DNA of 64,000 nucleotides from Methanothrix sp. (GTDB lineage Archaea; Halobacteriota; Methanosarcinia; Methanotrichales; Methanotrichaceae): NCBI GenBank assembly GCA_963682135.1, contig OY821645.1, positions 832,001 to 896,000 of the forward strand, read 5' to 3'. Shown piece by piece: positions 61,079 to 64,000 of this stretch (position 1 is its first letter; each line of letters starts with the position of its first letter). The notes under the pieces were generated by a model. It saw only the letters and a program-made list of their open reading frames with translations, ran no database searches and was not told where the DNA came from. The position numbers and the translations under genes were made by a program.

Positions 61079-62398
61079 TCACTCTTCCGGATAGCCCAGC
61101 ACTACCCCTTCCGGATAGGACAGTCCCATGAACTTATCAAGATATTCTCGGTAGATCTTCACAGGATCGATGTCCAGCTCAGGATGCAGCCACTTGGCAT
61201 AGTAGGCTACCCCCGCAATTCCGTCCGGCCCCCAGGCGACCTCAGTGCTAAGCAGATGGGTCCGGTTATTCTTGACGGCATCGAGATTTGCCCAGCCGGG
61301 GCGGCCTTCGATGTAGCCCTTGAGGATCTCTGCCGCTTCATCGGTGCTGTTCCAGCCAGGCTTCTTGCTGCCCGGGGACAGGGTCCTTATTATCATATCA
61401 GGATTCTCTTTGAGCACCCATTCGCTGTCCAGCTTGGGAAATTCCGGAAGGTCTGCAGCAATATTTCTGCCGCCCGCAAAGTTGCTCACGGCGTTGCCGC
61501 TGCTGCCGTTGCCGTAGCTTGAAATCTCAGAAACGGTATTCTTTGTGCCCCATTCCATGAAGAGGCGTGGCTTGTCGTCTTCCTTAAGAGCAGCTACATA
61601 GTCCTCGAGGGGTTGATCATAAGTGCTACGCCATTGAAGATATTCATCCGCCTGCTCATTCTTGTTCAGGAGGAATCCCAGGGTTTTGATCTCCGAGCGA
61701 AGGATGTTGTCCCTGTAGAAGTCCAGTCCAAGGACAGCTATTCCCGTGGCCTTCAGGCTCTCCTCCAGCTTTGTCGCTCTCTCCATGTTGGCAGAAGTTA
61801 TGATGATATCCGGGTGAAGCTTTACTATCGCCTCGCTGTCCGGAGCGGACCAGGTTCCTACCGCCGGCTTATCTGCCAGATCTGAGTAGTAGTATCCGCC
61901 TTCTTTGATATCTGAGGATACTCCTACCATCATATCCTGAGCCTTGAGTATCTTGGCGGCCTCATTCCTGTAGCTGCCCAGAGCTATCATCTTGTTTATG
62001 GGCATCTTGATGGTCACATTTCGGTTTATGGAGTCGCAAACGGTGATCTCTTTCTCCTCGCCCTTAATTATCTCGTTTATCCTGTCGATGTCCTGGGAAT
62101 CTATCTTGCCATCATAGTTGGCATCGGCAAGCCTGGTAGGCGCATTGCTGCCGCTGATTATTCCCTGGACAAATGCCACATCTGCCTCGTTGATTGCGTC
62201 ATCCATATTGGCATTTCCAAAGATGCCCAGCAGATCAACAGAGGCTCCGGCTGACATGGCCAGAGACAGAGCGGCGAACATGATTGCCATAAAAAGGCCG
62301 GTCCTCCACCTCTGCTTTTGGCCTGCTTTTTTATTCCTGATAATACTACTTTTGATATTGATCATATTTGCATCACTAATTCTTATGAATAATGTCAT
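61079..62398 (-). CDS. BtuF-type substrate-binding protein with N-terminal dockerin-like EF-hand pair
   Basis: GNANMDDAINEAD...ADANYDGKIDSQDI, then DSINRNVTI, ENPD, YAKWLHPEL; start uncertain. Confidence 0.85.
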   Translation of the reverse strand: MTLFIRISDANMINIKSSIIRNKKAGQKQRWRTGLFMAIMFAALSLAMSAGASVDLLGIFGNANMDDAINEADVAFVQGIISGSNAPTRLADANYDGKIDSQDIDRINEIIKGEEKEITVCDSINRNVTIKMPINKMIALGSYRNEAAKILKAQDMMVGVSSDIKEGGYYYSDLADKPAVGTWSAPDSEAIVKLHPDIIITSANMERATKLEESLKATGIAVLGLDFYRDNILRSEIKTLGFLLNKNEQADEYLQWRSTYDQPLEDYVAALKEDDKPRLFMEWGTKNTVSEISSYGNGSSGNAVSNFAGGRNIAADLPEFPKLDSEWVLKENPDMIIRTLSPGSKKPGWNSTDEAAEILKGYIEGRPGWANLDAVKNNRTHLLSTEVAWGPDGIAGVAYYAKWLHPELDIDPVKIYREYLDKFMGLSYPEGVVLGYPEE

Positions 62399-62517
62399 TA
62401 GTTATAACTATTTTGCATGACGTGTTATTAAAAGCATAGAAATCCTCCTCCAAATCGAATGAGAATAAAAAAGGGGATTCAGAGGTTTCCGGTCGGATCA
62501 GCCGTAAATATTGCTAT

Positions 62518-62584
62518 TGGGATAGCCCATTGAACTGCAACATTACGCTATCCCATTGGACCGCCTCGTTGGGCTATCCCATTG
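62518..62584. repeat. GCTATCCCA(TTG)/TGGGATAGC inverted-repeat cluster
   Basis: TGGGATAGCCCA 62518-62529, GCTATCCCATTG 62547-62558, TGGGCTATCCCATTG 62570-62584; related motif at about 59392-59420. Confidence 0.6.
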
Positions 62585-62592
62585 CGCTATTC

Positions 62593-62655
62593 CTACATTG
62601 CAATTCGCTCTTCCGGATAGATGAATATCCTGTCCTTCGGATAGGATGATCCCAT
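62593..62655 (-). pseudogene. Deletion remnant: last 20 codons of a BtuF-like binding protein
   Basis: MGSSYPKDRIFIYPEERIAM resembles the C-termini MGLSYPEGVVLGYPEE and LGIKYPEGRTFVFPQ of the neighbouring SBPs; GGTGA RBS upstream. Confidence 0.6.
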
Positions 62656-62864
62656 TATAATCTCACCTTCTTTGATCGGAATTTCTTGATTTACCGCAAG
62701 ATATTTGTAACTAAACTTAACTTTAATTAAGTCAATAAATCTTATCTTAATAAATCTTGCGGCGACCATGACGTCGCAAGAAAAACTGAGCACAGAGCTC
62801 AGTAATAAGTATTAATAATAAAACTCTACATAGTGACAGATAAGTAATACTTAAGCATATTCAA

Positions 62865-63530
62865 ATGCTATTTAAGGTGAGAAAGAAAATGGATACCGAC
62901 TACACAGACATCGGGGCCACCACCACCGAGGCCCTGGAGATAAGCAGAAAAAGCAGGCAGATGATCTCGGATCTCATTGGTGATCTTAGTCTTGAGGATA
63001 AGATTAAGCAAAGGTGCGTTATCGCCACGGGAGACCCGAGTGTCGGCGAGATCCTGGAATTTTGTCATGATCCAGTTCAGGCAGGCCTCAAAGCTCTGCA
63101 AGAGGGCGCCAGGATCTTCACCGACATAAGAATGGTCGAGATGGGAATAGTCAAAAAGGGCCATAACAGCGAAGTCATGACCTTGCTTGGTGCCGGCGAT
63201 GGGCTGGCAGCGAGCAGCGGGATCACCAGGACCTCTGCCGGAGTCATTTCCCGGCAAAATGAGCTTACCGGGTCCATAATTGTAATAGGAAATGCGCCCT
63301 CAGCCTTGATGGCTCTATGCGAGTTGATCGAGTCGGGTTTGGTCACTCCGGCGCTGGTAATCGGCACTCCAGTTGGCTTTGTTAATGCTGATAAGAGCAA
63401 GGAACGGTTGAGAGCGATAGCATTGTCCTCAATTTCAACTGTGGGGACAAGGGGCGGCACTCCTATTGCAGTTGCCGCGATAAACGAGATCATCAACATG
63501 CATAGCAGAGCCGGGCAGGTATCTGGCTAG
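62865..63530 (+). CDS. cbiC: Cobalt-precorrin-8 methylmutase CbiC/CobH
   Basis: RCVIATGD, TDIRMV..GI, TRTSAG, IGNAPSAL, GTPVGFV, GTRGG. Confidence 0.92.
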   Translation: MLFKVRKKMDTDYTDIGATTTEALEISRKSRQMISDLIGDLSLEDKIKQRCVIATGDPSVGEILEFCHDPVQAGLKALQEGARIFTDIRMVEMGIVKKGHNSEVMTLLGAGDGLAASSGITRTSAGVISRQNELTGSIIVIGNAPSALMALCELIESGLVTPALVIGTPVGFVNADKSKERLRAIALSSISTVGTRGGTPIAVAAINEIINMHSRAGQVSG

Positions 63531-63537
63531 ATGATGC

Positions 63538-63816
63538 TCACCAAGACATCTTCCCCCTGCGCATGAAGAGATAAACGAAGAATGGAACGCCCAGGAACGA
63601 GGTCATTATTCCCACCGGCAGTATCACCGGTGCCAGTATAGTTCTGGCCAGGGTATCAGCACCCAGGAGGAGAAGTGCACCCACCAGGGCCGAGCCTGGC
63701 AAGAGAAAGCGGTGGTCTGCCCCGATGACCATCCTGGTGATATGAGGGGCGACGAGGCCTATGAAGCCGATGGTACCCGTAAAGCAGATGATGCTGGCGG
63801 TAATCAGCGCCCCCAT
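63538..63816 (-). pseudogene. C-terminal fragment of a BtuC/FecCD permease
   Basis: [38 protein letters not shown]; in-frame stop just upstream. Confidence 0.75.
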
Positions 63817-64000
63817 AAATGGCTAAACGAAGAATAATATTCCGGGAGCTGGAGCGAATGCAAAGCACTCTGGAGAGCGGCAAAGAGAAGCATCATCACT
63901 GCTTTTTTGACTCATGTCGATCCCTGGTTGTGCTGGCTGATGGCCGCTCTTGCGTTTGCCCCTCTCTGCTCCATCCGGAGATGATGCTGGGAAATATTGA

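Overview
Chromosomal segment of a methanogenic archaeon, most likely Methanothrix (Methanosaeta) or a close relative. This is inferred from the gene set: archaeosine tgtA/arcS, archaeal MAT, comDE plus methanogenesis marker 16, psmB-aCPSF1, a GFPP-synthase-like prenyltransferase, PGF-CTERM and dockerin-bearing binding proteins. Core housekeeping genes alternate with accessory patches. (i) An AT-richer three-gene cassette built on a DUF2589 protein and a distant DUF2589-like partner lies next to a thermonuclease and is preceded by a solo IS200/IS605 right end (18.5-22.2 kb). (ii) A dense array of four type II toxin-antitoxin pairs is interspersed with a degenerate, structure-conserved GC-rich hairpin repeat (38-41 kb). 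(iii) A tRNA-His-adjacent sugar-phosphate operon (pfkB, class I aldolase, dPGM and an uncharacterised HPrK/PEPCK-fold P-loop protein) is interrupted by an apparently intact IS605 element (tnpA+tnpB). (iv) A cobalamin/metal-transport region around a CobN-like chelatase contains many deletion-truncated transporter genes. The best candidates for undescribed systems are the DUF2589 cassette, the TA/hairpin array, the sugar operon with the orphan P-loop kinase, and the GFPP synthase-radical SAM pair (possible methanophenazine biosynthesis). All family assignments come from motif recognition and memory; no database searches were run.
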